From Fidelibacterota bacterium (GTDB taxonomy: Bacteria > Fidelibacterota > Marinisomatia > Marinisomatales > TCS55), in assembly GCA_045569055.1 (NCBI GenBank), contig JBJKZT010000013.1:16087-80086 (forward strand): DNA of 64,000 bases, given 5' to 3'. Under the pieces are notes generated by a model. The model did no database searches and was not told where the DNA came from. It saw nothing but the letters and a program-made list of their open reading frames with translations. The position numbers were made by a program, and so were the translations under genes. Shown piece by piece: positions 37,276 through 47,296 of this stretch; within the stretch, counting starts at the first letter, position 1, and each line of letters opens with the position of its first letter.

Positions 37276-40200
37276 TTATTTCAGTAAGACCATTTTTCGA
37301 GTCTTCACAAAGTCTTTTGTTTGCAATTGATATAAATATAATCCAGCCCCTGCTGGGTTGCCCAAATCATCCATTCCATTCCAAGTAATATTATGTCGCC
37401 CCGCTTCCATATTACGGTTAACAAGTGTAGCTATCTTTTGCCCCATCAACGTATAGATATTTATTTTCACTAACCCTGTTTTTGGAAGACTATATTGTAT
37501 ACGTGTAGTGGGGTTAAATGGATTTGGGTAGTTTTGGCTCAAACTATATTCATCGGGAATTATTGATTCATCCACTGATAGCGCTGCATATTTCCCAATA
37601 ATTAACACAACTCTTTCATCCGTCGAATAAACAGTATCAATTCCATCCGTAACGTCTACTTTCCAAGTTAAAATACCTCCAGGACTTAAAAATTGATCTA
37701 GCTTTTCAAGAATATCAAAATATGGAATAGATAATCCTGGATAGTTCAAGTTTCTATTTTCAATGTAATTAATTTTTTCATTATTTATACTGATCATATT
37801 TAGTTCATATTCAAAAAGATATGTTAATTCATTATTATCTACATCATTAGAAAAGTCCCAATCAAATTTTACATTTGAAGTATCTTTATTTAGTATAGTA
37901 ATAGTTATCTCACTACTATCTGTTGGACTAATTAAAGTAACAGGATTTGGCGGATCATTTACAGGTTCTACATTGATTAAGATTATTCCCTCTTCACTTT
38001 CAGATATAGTATCATTAACCTTAAATCCAAAATTTCCATGCTTATCACCATAACCATCTTTAGCTGATATGTAGATAACTCTATGGCTGCTATCAGTTAC
38101 AATAGTTTGAAGCACATTGATCGTATCGCCCCTTGAGATTCCATCACTGGTCTGAAATAAATAACCGTTAATTGGTAACTTTGAAATTTTGTATACTAAT
38201 GAATCACTAATATTTGTAGCACCTGTTAAAGTAATTGTCACATCAATATCTTCAGTGGCAACTATATTTTGAGAGAAGGCCTCTGCACCATCAGCTTTTG
38301 ATAATACATTAACTGTGACAATCTTTTCTTCAGAATATTCTTTTCCATCATGTGCTTTAAAACCAAAATTTCCATGTCCATCACCATAACCATCTTTAGC
38401 TGATACATATATAATTCGATTTGTATCAGTAATAGCAGTAGGAAATGATTGAATGGTATCACCTCTTGTTATTCCATCACTAGTCTGAAATAGATAACCA
38501 TTAATGGGAAGAGTTGAGATAGAAAAACTAAGCGTATCACCATCTACATCTGATCCTTGAAGCAAAATAGTTTTATCTATATCCTCATCAGCAGTTATTG
38601 TCTGTGATAAGGAAGTAGGTTTATCATTTACATTAATAACATTTAATATGATTATTGCTTCTTCAGAGTCAGATATACCATCACTCGCATTAAATCCAAA
38701 ATTTCCATAATTAATACCATTTTCATCTTTTTCCGATATGTAGATAACCCTATTGCTGCTATCGGTTACTATAGTTGATAGCACATTGATTGTATCGCCC
38801 TTTGAAATTCCATCACTGGTCTGAAATAGATAACCATTGATAGGTAGTGATGTGATCTTATAAAATAATGTATCACCATCTGGATCTGTTCCCATCAATG
38901 TGATGATTTGATCTAAATCTTCATTAGCAGTTATAGTTTGAGATATAGCAATAGGTAATTGATTAAGTTTTTCAACATTTACTACAACTATTGTTTCCTC
39001 AGATTCATTAGTTCCATCAGTCACTTTAAAACCAAAATTACCATGTCCATCACCATAACCATTTTTAGCTGATACATAGATCACTTGATGATTTTCACTT
39101 ATAATAGTAGTGGGTATTGACTTGATGGAGTCACCTCTTGTGATTCCATCGCTGGTCTGAAATAGATAACCGTTAGAAGGAAGTATAGAAATGATATATG
39201 TTAGAGCATCTTCCTCTATATCTGTTCCAGCTAATGTAATGGTTTTATCTATATCTTGATCAGCAGTTACAGTTTGAGATGTAGCTTCATTATTTTCTGG
39301 TTGTGAGTTTACATTTAAAGTAACGACCGCTGCTCTAGAATCAGCTGTACCATCATTAACTTTAAATTCAAAATTCCCATGTCCATCACCATAACCATTT
39401 TTAGCTGATACATAGATCACTTGGTGGCTTTCATTACTAACAGTCGTCGGGATTGACTTAATGGAGTCACCTCTTGTGATTCCATCACTAGTCTGAAAAA
39501 GATATCCGTTAGAGGGCAGTTTAGTAATGATATATGTTAGAGCATCTCCATCTGGATCCGTACCTGCTAATGTAATAGTTTTATCTAGATCTTCATCAGC
39601 AGTTACAGTTTGAGGTGTAGCAATACCAATATTTAATGGTAAAATATTTATATTTGCATAAAAAACTGGACTTGATGAAAAATCATCATTGATTTTAAAT
39701 CCAACTTGAATTGATCCTATGTAATTACTTTCCGGTGTTATTGAATTTTCATTTACTGTATAATTACTCCCTGGATCAATTGTTAACTTCAAATTAGAAT
39801 CTGGAATACTATCGTTATCTAAAAATTGAAAATCATTTAACGTGAATTCATATTTTTGGTTCTGATCAAGATCCTTAACATTACATTCATTTATAATGGG
39901 ATCTTTATTATATACAAAATTGAAAAGCCTATTGGGATTATCATATCCACTTATAGGTATAAAATTAGTTCCAACCCATCCAGAATGACTTACTTTATTC
40001 CCCAAGCTATCTACTTCCACAAAAATTTGATCTGTGCTTGCATCCCATAGTTTTAAAATAAAATCATCTCCATTGTTCATTCCTTCATCAACTTCAGTAG
40101 TTAATGGATCATCACCATACAAAACAAAATTACTTTCATTAACTCCAAACCTAATTTGACCAAAACTATTTACAAGAGACGTTGAACCAACTGATGTAGA

Positions 40201-42237
40201 GCTAGTATCGAATGCAGCTACCCAATCACCAACAGATGCATTATTACCATTCAATGTCACAGAACCTTGGATAATGCCTCCAATATTTGTTTTAATAGGT
40301 ATAAAATTATCTGGCCTAATCTTATTAACAGTTACTTTGAAAGTCGTTGAAACTGTATTGATACCACCATTACTGCTTCCTCCGTTATCACTTACAGTTA
40401 TAGTCAATTTGGCAGTACCAATCATATCTGGAACGGGTTTAAATGAAATCGTACCACTAGTATCTGGTGATGTATATGTCACTGTGGGATTTGGAATCAA
40501 ACTTGTATTATCGCTGGTGGCTATTACAGTCAACGTCTGATTGACGTGGAAGTCACCATCGGCAACCCCCGTAAAGCTAACGGTGCGATCACCAGAATCT
40601 TCATCTATAGATATATTTGGTAGACTCTGATTAATAAGCGGTTGTGTATTAGCTGCTGAGATTAGAGAGTTTTCATAAGCACCAATATCTGGATTGTTTC
40701 CTGTGGGCCTAGAATTACTATTAAAGTCCAAACTTACTGGTATTGAAGCAGGTGAATAAGAAGCATCATTAGTACCATATCCTATGGCAGGTGAGTTATC
40801 TTTTAAAGTGAAGTCATTTAATATCACATTTGAGAATAAAGGCTCTGTATCAAAATTAGAATTATCTGTATCAATAGCATCATTATTCTCTGATTTTTCT
40901 ATACTAGATAGACTCTCAATGATTGAGTTTTTTGATTCAAATCTTCCTGCTGTCGTTCCTGCGCTCCCAAAAATAATTTGATTTATTGCACCATTATTCC
41001 AAATAATTGAGTTATAAAAATATATTTTGGATCCAGTATTAGAATAAATCGTAGCATTTAAAGCCGCAGTGTTTTTAGATATAGTTGTATGATAAATTTT
41101 AACAGTGGAAAGGTTGTTTGAATAAATTGCACTTCCATTTTGAGTTGCAGAATTATTAACCAAAAGACTATTAATAAGATTTAATTCTACAGTTGGTTTA
41201 TCAGCAAAAATGGCACCACCATTTATTGATGAATTACTTTCAAATAATGATCTCTCAATTATAGGTTTTGCCTCAAAAATATATGCCCCACCTCCATATT
41301 TATCCGCAGTATTATTTTTGATTGAAACATCATACAACTCAATTTTATTTTGGGATCTAGTTATATATAAACCTCCACCATTAACTGCTGCATAATTATT
41401 TCTTATTTTTGTATTATACATTTTTACAATCCCACTTGTTGTACCACCAATATATATTCCGCCACCATTATTAGCTTGATTTGAGTTGATATCTAGTCTT
41501 TTAATAATATGTGTTGCTGCACCAAGCTTTGCAGGACTTGAAATACCCCCACCAGTGCCAGCTTTATTATTAACAATTAAAATACTATCTAATGATACGT
41601 CAGACCTCCCATTAAGATATATTCCACCGCCATAACCAAAATTAAATGCTTTACCATTATTAATAATCACCGAACTATCAAGGAAGGCATCACTATACTG
41701 ACCAAAATAAATACCTCCTCCATATAAATTATTTGCACTAATTGAATTAGCATTATCTCTGATTATCAAATGTTTTAATGAAGGACTAGCTGATTTTGTA
41801 TATATACCACCTCCATATCTAATATTACTCATCAACAAACCGTTGCCATTTTGCAAAGTAAAGCCTACAAGTTTTGCTGATGATGTTTCACCTCCAAGGA
41901 AAGTAACTACTGAGGCACTATCACTATTTGTTGGAGAGCCGCCATCAATGATTGTCTGAGAAACATAACTTTTATCACTGGTAGTAAGGGTAAGCGATCC
42001 AATGACGATATCCTTACCTCTGAAATTGATGTTTTCCGCGTATGTGCCTACTGCCACCAAGATGGTATCTCCGCTAGACGTATTGGCATGTTCAATGGCA
42101 TACTGTATTGTCTTGAATGGGCTTCCAGATGAACCATCCCCATTGGTATCAGAACCAACATTTGATACATTAATCTGTTTTCCAAATACAAGATTCAAAC
42201 TAAGAAATAGAAATAAGATTATCGTTTTGGGAATCAT
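37276..42237 (-). CDS. Giant T9SS-sorted surface protein: parallel beta-helix, Ig/cadherin-like domains, five 112-aa tandem repeats and a CTD
   Basis: 1653 aa with a signal peptide. The N-terminus has SPFKTIQYAIEHA...GTY and many GGGIY beta-helix rungs. Contains FYNSIIWNN...DPLF..DF.L...SPAIG, a choice-of-anchor-Q-like motif. The repeats read TAD(E/Q)D(L/I)DK.ITL.GTD.DGD.L.Y. The C-terminus is SQNYPNPFNPTTRIQYSLPK...IYTLMGQK. Confidence 0.8.
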   Translation of the reverse strand: MIPKTIILFLFLSLNLVFGKQINVSNVGSDTNGDGSSGSPFKTIQYAIEHANTSSGDTILVAVGTYAENINFRGKDIVIGSLTLTTSDKSYVSQTIIDGGSPTNSDSASVVTFLGGETSSAKLVGFTLQNGNGLLMSNIRYGGGIYTKSASPSLKHLIIRDNANSISANNLYGGGIYFGQYSDAFLDSSVIINNGKAFNFGYGGGIYLNGRSDVSLDSILIVNNKAGTGGGISSPAKLGAATHIIKRLDINSNQANNGGGIYIGGTTSGIVKMYNTKIRNNYAAVNGGGLYITRSQNKIELYDVSIKNNTADKYGGGAYIFEAKPIIERSLFESNSSINGGAIFADKPTVELNLINSLLVNNSATQNGSAIYSNNLSTVKIYHTTISKNTAALNATIYSNTGSKIYFYNSIIWNNGAINQIIFGSAGTTAGRFESKNSIIESLSSIEKSENNDAIDTDNSNFDTEPLFSNVILNDFTLKDNSPAIGYGTNDASYSPASIPVSLDFNSNSRPTGNNPDIGAYENSLISAANTQPLINQSLPNISIDEDSGDRTVSFTGVADGDFHVNQTLTVIATSDNTSLIPNPTVTYTSPDTSGTISFKPVPDMIGTAKLTITVSDNGGSSNGGINTVSTTFKVTVNKIRPDNFIPIKTNIGGIIQGSVTLNGNNASVGDWVAAFDTSSTSVGSTSLVNSFGQIRFGVNESNFVLYGDDPLTTEVDEGMNNGDDFILKLWDASTDQIFVEVDSLGNKVSHSGWVGTNFIPISGYDNPNRLFNFVYNKDPIINECNVKDLDQNQKYEFTLNDFQFLDNDSIPDSNLKLTIDPGSNYTVNENSITPESNYIGSIQVGFKINDDFSSSPVFYANINILPLNIGIATPQTVTADEDLDKTITLAGTDPDGDALTYIITKLPSNGYLFQTSDGITRGDSIKSIPTTVSNESHQVIYVSAKNGYGDGHGNFEFKVNDGTADSRAAVVTLNVNSQPENNEATSQTVTADQDIDKTITLAGTDIEEDALTYIISILPSNGYLFQTSDGITRGDSIKSIPTTIISENHQVIYVSAKNGYGDGHGNFGFKVTDGTNESEETIVVVNVEKLNQLPIAISQTITANEDLDQIITLMGTDPDGDTLFYKITSLPINGYLFQTSDGISKGDTINVLSTIVTDSSNRVIYISEKDENGINYGNFGFNASDGISDSEEAIIILNVINVNDKPTSLSQTITADEDIDKTILLQGSDVDGDTLSFSISTLPINGYLFQTSDGITRGDTIQSFPTAITDTNRIIYVSAKDGYGDGHGNFGFKAHDGKEYSEEKIVTVNVLSKADGAEAFSQNIVATEDIDVTITLTGATNISDSLVYKISKLPINGYLFQTSDGISRGDTINVLQTIVTDSSHRVIYISAKDGYGDKHGNFGFKVNDTISESEEGIILINVEPVNDPPNPVTLISPTDSSEITITILNKDTSNVKFDWDFSNDVDNNELTYLFEYELNMISINNEKINYIENRNLNYPGLSIPYFDILEKLDQFLSPGGILTWKVDVTDGIDTVYSTDERVVLIIGKYAALSVDESIIPDEYSLSQNYPNPFNPTTRIQYSLPKTGLVKINIYTLMGQKIATLVNRNMEAGRHNITWNGMDDLGNPAGAGLYLYQLQTKDFVKTRKMVLLK
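37942..39618 (-). repeat. Five in-frame tandem repeats of 336 nt (112 aa) inside the 1653-aa gene
   Basis: The units begin TPQTVTADEDLDK, TSQTVTADQDIDK, ISQTITANEDLDQ, LSQTITADEDIDK and FSQNIVATEDIDV. An identical run of at least 46 nt occurs at 39041..39086 and 39377..39422, exactly 336 nt apart. Confidence 0.85.
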
Positions 42238-45200
42238 TTATTTTAAGAATATTAATTTTTTAACAGATTGAAAATCAGGTGTTTCCATACGATAGAAATA
42301 CATCCCAGATGCAATCTGTTTACCCCATTGATTTCTCCCATTCCAATTGACTGAATACCGCCCCGGGGCAGAGACCTGTTTTACCAGTGTTTTGATCTCT
42401 CGGCCCATTAAGTCATATATAATAATGGAAACGGGTCCATCCTTAGGAAGATCATACCGAATGGTAGTAATCGGGTTAAAGGGGTTAGGATGGTTTTGGT
42501 ATAGGGCAAATGTAGTTGGTAAAAAGGTATCATAATCTAGACTTACATCATGGAATGACATGGAGTTAAACTGAACGTGGGATGCAAGTGTATCACCATC
42601 ATAAACAAATGATATGTTTCCCCCAGCTTTAAGCCCATCAATCTCCTCAGTGGTCACATCATCACCATATACTGCCGAGTTTTGTAAATACCCACCTTCA
42701 GTGATTATTGCCGCACCAACAACAGTATTATCCTCGGAAAGTACCTTAACCCAATCCCCTACATTATACCTACCCATGATCTTTCCTTTGACAAACATAA
42801 AAGATGGATTAGGCTTGACTTCGGGATGGTTTACAGGATTGTTGGTTGCGATCTTTCCGACTGCACCACCTTGGGTCTGTGCCGGAAAGGTGAAGTTGGT
42901 AACCGCTGCGTTGACTTTTACCCAGTAACCTTTTGTAGGCTTCAAAGTACTTAGAGTACTGGATTGCGGTGCATCAGGATCATACACTAAGGCACCTTGC
43001 GTAAAGCCGGTGACATACTGAAGCGTATTTGAAGCAATAAGACTTTCAAAGGCTTTGTCCACCGCTAATTCATAATCAGGAGAATAGGCAATCATGTTCC
43101 AGCCAGCTGATAAAGAAATTGTTTTATCATCTGATCGCTTGCCTCGAAAGAAAATTTTATTCAACGGGCCGTTTAATTTTAGATAATAGCCTTCTTTCTT
43201 ATTTATTCCATTTAATGTAGAAAATGGATCTCCTGGCTTAAAGTAACCGTTTGGACTAGTGATATATTCAAGCAAACCTTTGCTCAATAAACTCCTGAAT
43301 AATTTTTTAGGGCGCTTACTTGTACTATTGAAAGGAATAGAAATCAAGTTCCACTCTTTTTCTAGTGGTATGTCATATGAAACAGACAAGCTGTCCTTAG
43401 AGAATGAAAGACTGGGCCAAGCACTTTTATCAGGGATATAAGGCAATCTCCACCTGTATTTACCGTAACTAGTGACTAATAATTTCTCGCTAGTATAGAA
43501 TGATACACTATCATCAGGGTTCAAGGATCCAAGTGCAAAAGAGTACTCACCATTATTTTCAATCAACGAAGTTAAATCAAACTTTATTAACTGACTTTCC
43601 GTGATTGAAAAGACTGTATCAATTGGAGTCAATAGGCTCTTGTCAACAAATCCAATATTCTTACTATTAAATGATTCATTCCAGCCCTTATAATCATATG
43701 TATAAAGTACAATTCCTCCGCTCATAGAATATTTTTTATACGGCATAAGGTTAAGTTCAATTTTATAACTATTATTAATTGAATTAGGCATATCAAAACG
43801 CATGAACGATAATCGATTTTTTGATACCACCATTAAACTATCTGGCTGTTTTAGTTTAATGCCAGTTACTGTCGTATCTATTGAAAGATCGTTTAATGGG
43901 TACAAGCGATCTTTCACAGTAAATTTCCATGTGGGGCTTGATACCCCGTCAACAGTTACGCTCCAATGATAGGTGCCTCCAGGTTCGAAAGTCTCAAATA
44001 GCACATTATTGGGATATTGAAATGTTTTAGTTCGGTTTACACCTGGCCCTGATATGGTTAACGTAGCACTTACATTGGTATAATCTTTTTTATATGGATA
44101 GTTAAAAGCTATACCATATTCCAAAGAGATGTCTGTTGCTCCATCGCTAGGTATGGGTACACTGGGATATGAATATCGATAGCCCGGGATCCAATAAGCC
44201 GAATCTCCATATTCATACGGGCCGATGTCCGGTGCCTCACCAATAAATTTTCGGTTTTGACCTGAGAAGGAAGGTGCGTGATTATAGGTTTTATCTGTGC
44301 CATCATTTATACCTTCAATGATAATCCCACCATCAATAAGAGCTGAACCTTTTTTGGGCCTAAAATCGTAATTTTGAATTTTGTTTTTTATTGGAGCAAC
44401 CCCGTGCTCATCTAATAGGTTTTGATCAGAATATGCTTTATTTGTATTCCAAGGATTTTCCAATTCACCATCAAGTTGGTAATAAGGAGCGCCATTTTCA
44501 TTAGATTCAATACCTCGTCGTCTATTATTGAATCTTGTGATATTTCTTAAGTAATAAATCCCTGAGGAGTCTAATTGAGTAGGGCTTTTAAATGCTCCTT
44601 TTTCAGGCAGACAATTCAAAGCCATACATTCAAAATCAATACTAACCGCAGAATTTTTTATTTTGGAATTTGCATTGCCTACTGCTGATGGGGTTTTTTT
44701 GTCAATTCCCTGATATTTATAATCAGGCAAGCTTATATCTGTCCTTTTACTATCATTTGCCAACACGTGTTGAACATCATGCCAATCTCCCTTTAGTCGC
44801 AACCCACGACTATTTCCAACACTGACCACATGATGCATATCTGCGTGATGACCGCTTGCCGTACTGTTCCACCGAATACCATTCCAGCGTGGAGCGTTGA
44901 TAACCCAAGAATATCTGGTCGTAGATGAATCGGTTGCAAAACCATTTCTTTGTATTCCGCTGCCATCACCATAATCAAATATATTTTCAATACGTATGTA
45001 TTCTAACAAAGATCTAATACCCCCAAAAATACCTGCACTGTTGCTATTCATTACGGTGATATAACGCCATGTGTCTTGCCCAAATACCATTTCCCCACCT
45101 ACACCTCTATAGTTTCTCGTTGAGGTCACATAATGATGGGAACCTGAGAACCATGAATGTTTTGTAAAAAGAATATTTTCCATTGTGGCATACATATGCC

Positions 45201-46875
45201 GTGTGTGAGATAGAGGCGGGGCATTATTACTATTTTCAAATACTAAGTTTTTCCACAAACTATATTCACCAAGAATAGTTCCATTCCTTATTTTATCCGC
45301 CCACATATCCGTGCTGAAAGTAAACTTTGAATCTTCTACTGTTAAATAATCACAGTCGTAAGCATGGAGAGGTCCAGAAAAAATATGAAGATTCCTAAAC
45401 TCCATATTATCAGATTCTTGCATTAAAATTAATCCTACTTTTGTTCTTATTCTGACATTATTCTTATCAGGAATAAACCCAACGCTTGGATATAAATAAA
45501 GGGTGCTTTTACCAGGATCAAATGACCATTCTTCAAGAGTATCTAGGAATGCAAGCTCACCTCCACGATAACCTAAATCGTAACTTGTTTCAGACCCAAA
45601 TTGTTTGGTTACAGGTGAATGTATGGTAATACCTTCGCCCTTGTTTGCTCCATATTTATAAATTGATGTTGGTGAGCTATCATCAATACCTCTTGGATCA
45701 CCATTAATTGAGTCTGTTGGATTTTTAAAATTCACTGGCATTGCCATCATCATGTAACGGTCATTTACAAAAACACTATAAACCGAATCCATTCTAACTC
45801 CATAGCGATATGACAATGAATCAAAATCAATCACTGTTTTATATATATTATGACCATTATGATTGTAGGGTACCCATTCAGTATCCAATGGAATGGTGCC
45901 ATCAATAATAACATTCTCACCTGGGTATCCTTCTATCTTCACATCATTTAATTTATATCTCGTTATATACTCTGAATGTCGACCCCCTTTGATAAGAACA
46001 CGATCTCCAGGTTCTGCATCATCCAGGGCACTATTGATCGTAGGATAGGGACAGTTTACTGTACCATCTGGTTTACTACATTCGTTTGAGAAAAACCTCT
46101 GCATCACATTGACATTTTTTATGATACCGTGGTTCTGATTAGGGCTTAGATCAATCAATTGATAGTCACCATTTATATCCATGGGATAATAAGCGACCAA
46201 ATTCGTTTCAGCACCAGACAAACGAGTGTTCATATTATTTTTTATTTCGGATTCACTCCTGGCTACATCCCACATTCTTACTTCATCTATACTTCCTTGA
46301 AGATTTAAGCCTATATATTTTATAGGCGTTTTAAAGGGTGTTTTTCCAGCCGCCCCAGTATATGTATGAATTTTATTTCCATTCACAAATAAAATATAAT
46401 TGGTACCATCGAATGTTACTGCTATGTGGTACCAGCCCGGTGTTGCAATAACATCCTTAGCCTGATAATTGGTCCAAGTGTCGTCACCAGCAGCTCCAAA
46501 TCCATACTGTATACCTGTACCATATCCAATTAATTTCACTGTTGGAGAAATGTCATTTGCTTTTGGGCCTGTTGGCGTGTACCCTATAATTTGTTGCGTA
46601 ACATTTCCCTTTTGGTCAGAATATATCCAGGCTTCTTGAGTGAATGTAGAGCCTAATATAATTGCTTTGGATGAAATATCAATTGTATCAGGAGTTGCTC
46701 CAGGATTAGCTATAAAATTTTTTTGTTCCTTATTCACATCAAAAGAATCAAATCGTAGAAAATTATCTTTTTGATATTTTATTAAAGTAGTTTTATCAAC
46801 TATCAAATCATCTGCAAAAAGAATCGTTATTGAACTAAGGATGATGTGAATAAATAGTTTATTCATTTTATTCAT
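42238..46875 (-). CDS. Giant T9SS-sorted surface protein: LamG/ConA-like lectin domain, beta-helix-like region and a CTD
   Basis: 1545 aa with a signal peptide. Contains a LamG-type segment (WYHIAVTFDGTNYILFVNG...IDEVRMWDVARSESEI...LVAYYPMD) and NYDFRPKKGSALIDGG. The C-terminus is YQNHPNPFNPITTIRYDLPKDGPVSIIIYDLMGRE. Its stop TAA (42238-42240) abuts the ATG of the next gene (42237). Confidence 0.75.
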   Translation of the reverse strand: MNKMNKLFIHIILSSITILFADDLIVDKTTLIKYQKDNFLRFDSFDVNKEQKNFIANPGATPDTIDISSKAIILGSTFTQEAWIYSDQKGNVTQQIIGYTPTGPKANDISPTVKLIGYGTGIQYGFGAAGDDTWTNYQAKDVIATPGWYHIAVTFDGTNYILFVNGNKIHTYTGAAGKTPFKTPIKYIGLNLQGSIDEVRMWDVARSESEIKNNMNTRLSGAETNLVAYYPMDINGDYQLIDLSPNQNHGIIKNVNVMQRFFSNECSKPDGTVNCPYPTINSALDDAEPGDRVLIKGGRHSEYITRYKLNDVKIEGYPGENVIIDGTIPLDTEWVPYNHNGHNIYKTVIDFDSLSYRYGVRMDSVYSVFVNDRYMMMAMPVNFKNPTDSINGDPRGIDDSSPTSIYKYGANKGEGITIHSPVTKQFGSETSYDLGYRGGELAFLDTLEEWSFDPGKSTLYLYPSVGFIPDKNNVRIRTKVGLILMQESDNMEFRNLHIFSGPLHAYDCDYLTVEDSKFTFSTDMWADKIRNGTILGEYSLWKNLVFENSNNAPPLSHTRHMYATMENILFTKHSWFSGSHHYVTSTRNYRGVGGEMVFGQDTWRYITVMNSNSAGIFGGIRSLLEYIRIENIFDYGDGSGIQRNGFATDSSTTRYSWVINAPRWNGIRWNSTASGHHADMHHVVSVGNSRGLRLKGDWHDVQHVLANDSKRTDISLPDYKYQGIDKKTPSAVGNANSKIKNSAVSIDFECMALNCLPEKGAFKSPTQLDSSGIYYLRNITRFNNRRRGIESNENGAPYYQLDGELENPWNTNKAYSDQNLLDEHGVAPIKNKIQNYDFRPKKGSALIDGGIIIEGINDGTDKTYNHAPSFSGQNRKFIGEAPDIGPYEYGDSAYWIPGYRYSYPSVPIPSDGATDISLEYGIAFNYPYKKDYTNVSATLTISGPGVNRTKTFQYPNNVLFETFEPGGTYHWSVTVDGVSSPTWKFTVKDRLYPLNDLSIDTTVTGIKLKQPDSLMVVSKNRLSFMRFDMPNSINNSYKIELNLMPYKKYSMSGGIVLYTYDYKGWNESFNSKNIGFVDKSLLTPIDTVFSITESQLIKFDLTSLIENNGEYSFALGSLNPDDSVSFYTSEKLLVTSYGKYRWRLPYIPDKSAWPSLSFSKDSLSVSYDIPLEKEWNLISIPFNSTSKRPKKLFRSLLSKGLLEYITSPNGYFKPGDPFSTLNGINKKEGYYLKLNGPLNKIFFRGKRSDDKTISLSAGWNMIAYSPDYELAVDKAFESLIASNTLQYVTGFTQGALVYDPDAPQSSTLSTLKPTKGYWVKVNAAVTNFTFPAQTQGGAVGKIATNNPVNHPEVKPNPSFMFVKGKIMGRYNVGDWVKVLSEDNTVVGAAIITEGGYLQNSAVYGDDVTTEEIDGLKAGGNISFVYDGDTLASHVQFNSMSFHDVSLDYDTFLPTTFALYQNHPNPFNPITTIRYDLPKDGPVSIIIYDLMGREIKTLVKQVSAPGRYSVNWNGRNQWGKQIASGMYFYRMETPDFQSVKKLIFLK

Positions 46876-46982
46876 AAAGATTAATTCTAGTTATAATATT
46901 TTTAATTAAAGGAACTGCTCTATTCCAAATACAAACTTGTAAAGTTATGTAAGAATAAAATTTACATAAAATTATAAATGTA

Positions 46983-47006
46983 ATTATTATTATTATTATT
47001 ATTATT
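46983..47006. repeat. (ATT)8 trinucleotide microsatellite
   Basis: Eight perfect ATT units, 108-131 nt upstream of the start of the 1545-aa gene. Confidence 0.9.
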
Positions 47007-47174
47007 TTATTTTAAATAATAAGCTATACACAAAAATCTTTATATATGAATGGAATACGGGGGTTGTATCCACCAAAACCGTATCCACTTTTAGTATATG
47101 TTAGGTATATGTCTGAATACTTCTGATTAAACACAATAAAAAACCCCCAGTCGTGAAACAAGGGGTTTTAGTCG

Positions 47175-47247
<73 letters not shown>

Positions 47248-47296
47248 AATTATATTTCTAAATAAGCACCAAAATTTATAATCTATTTATCCATCA

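Noticed and set aside
37276-46875. Eleven 60-104-aa track ORFs inside the two giant genes, mostly antisense and two in an alternative frame of the coding strand (38262.., 39856.., 40274.., 40784.., 41210.., 42002.., 42347.., 42614.., 43259.., 44109.., 44793..)
   Set aside because: All are nested in long, motif-rich minus-strand genes. None has a plausible start context, and their compositions are hydrophobic and low-complexity. They are by-products of the coding frame.
34465-47170. Shared 14-mer AAAAAACCCCCAGT at 34466.. and 47140.., as a possible dispersed repeat element
   Set aside because: I found only two copies. Both are explained as the A-run plus first stem arm of terminator-like hairpins, one after the mini-ORF and one after tRNA-Gly. 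That is too little to call a repeat family.
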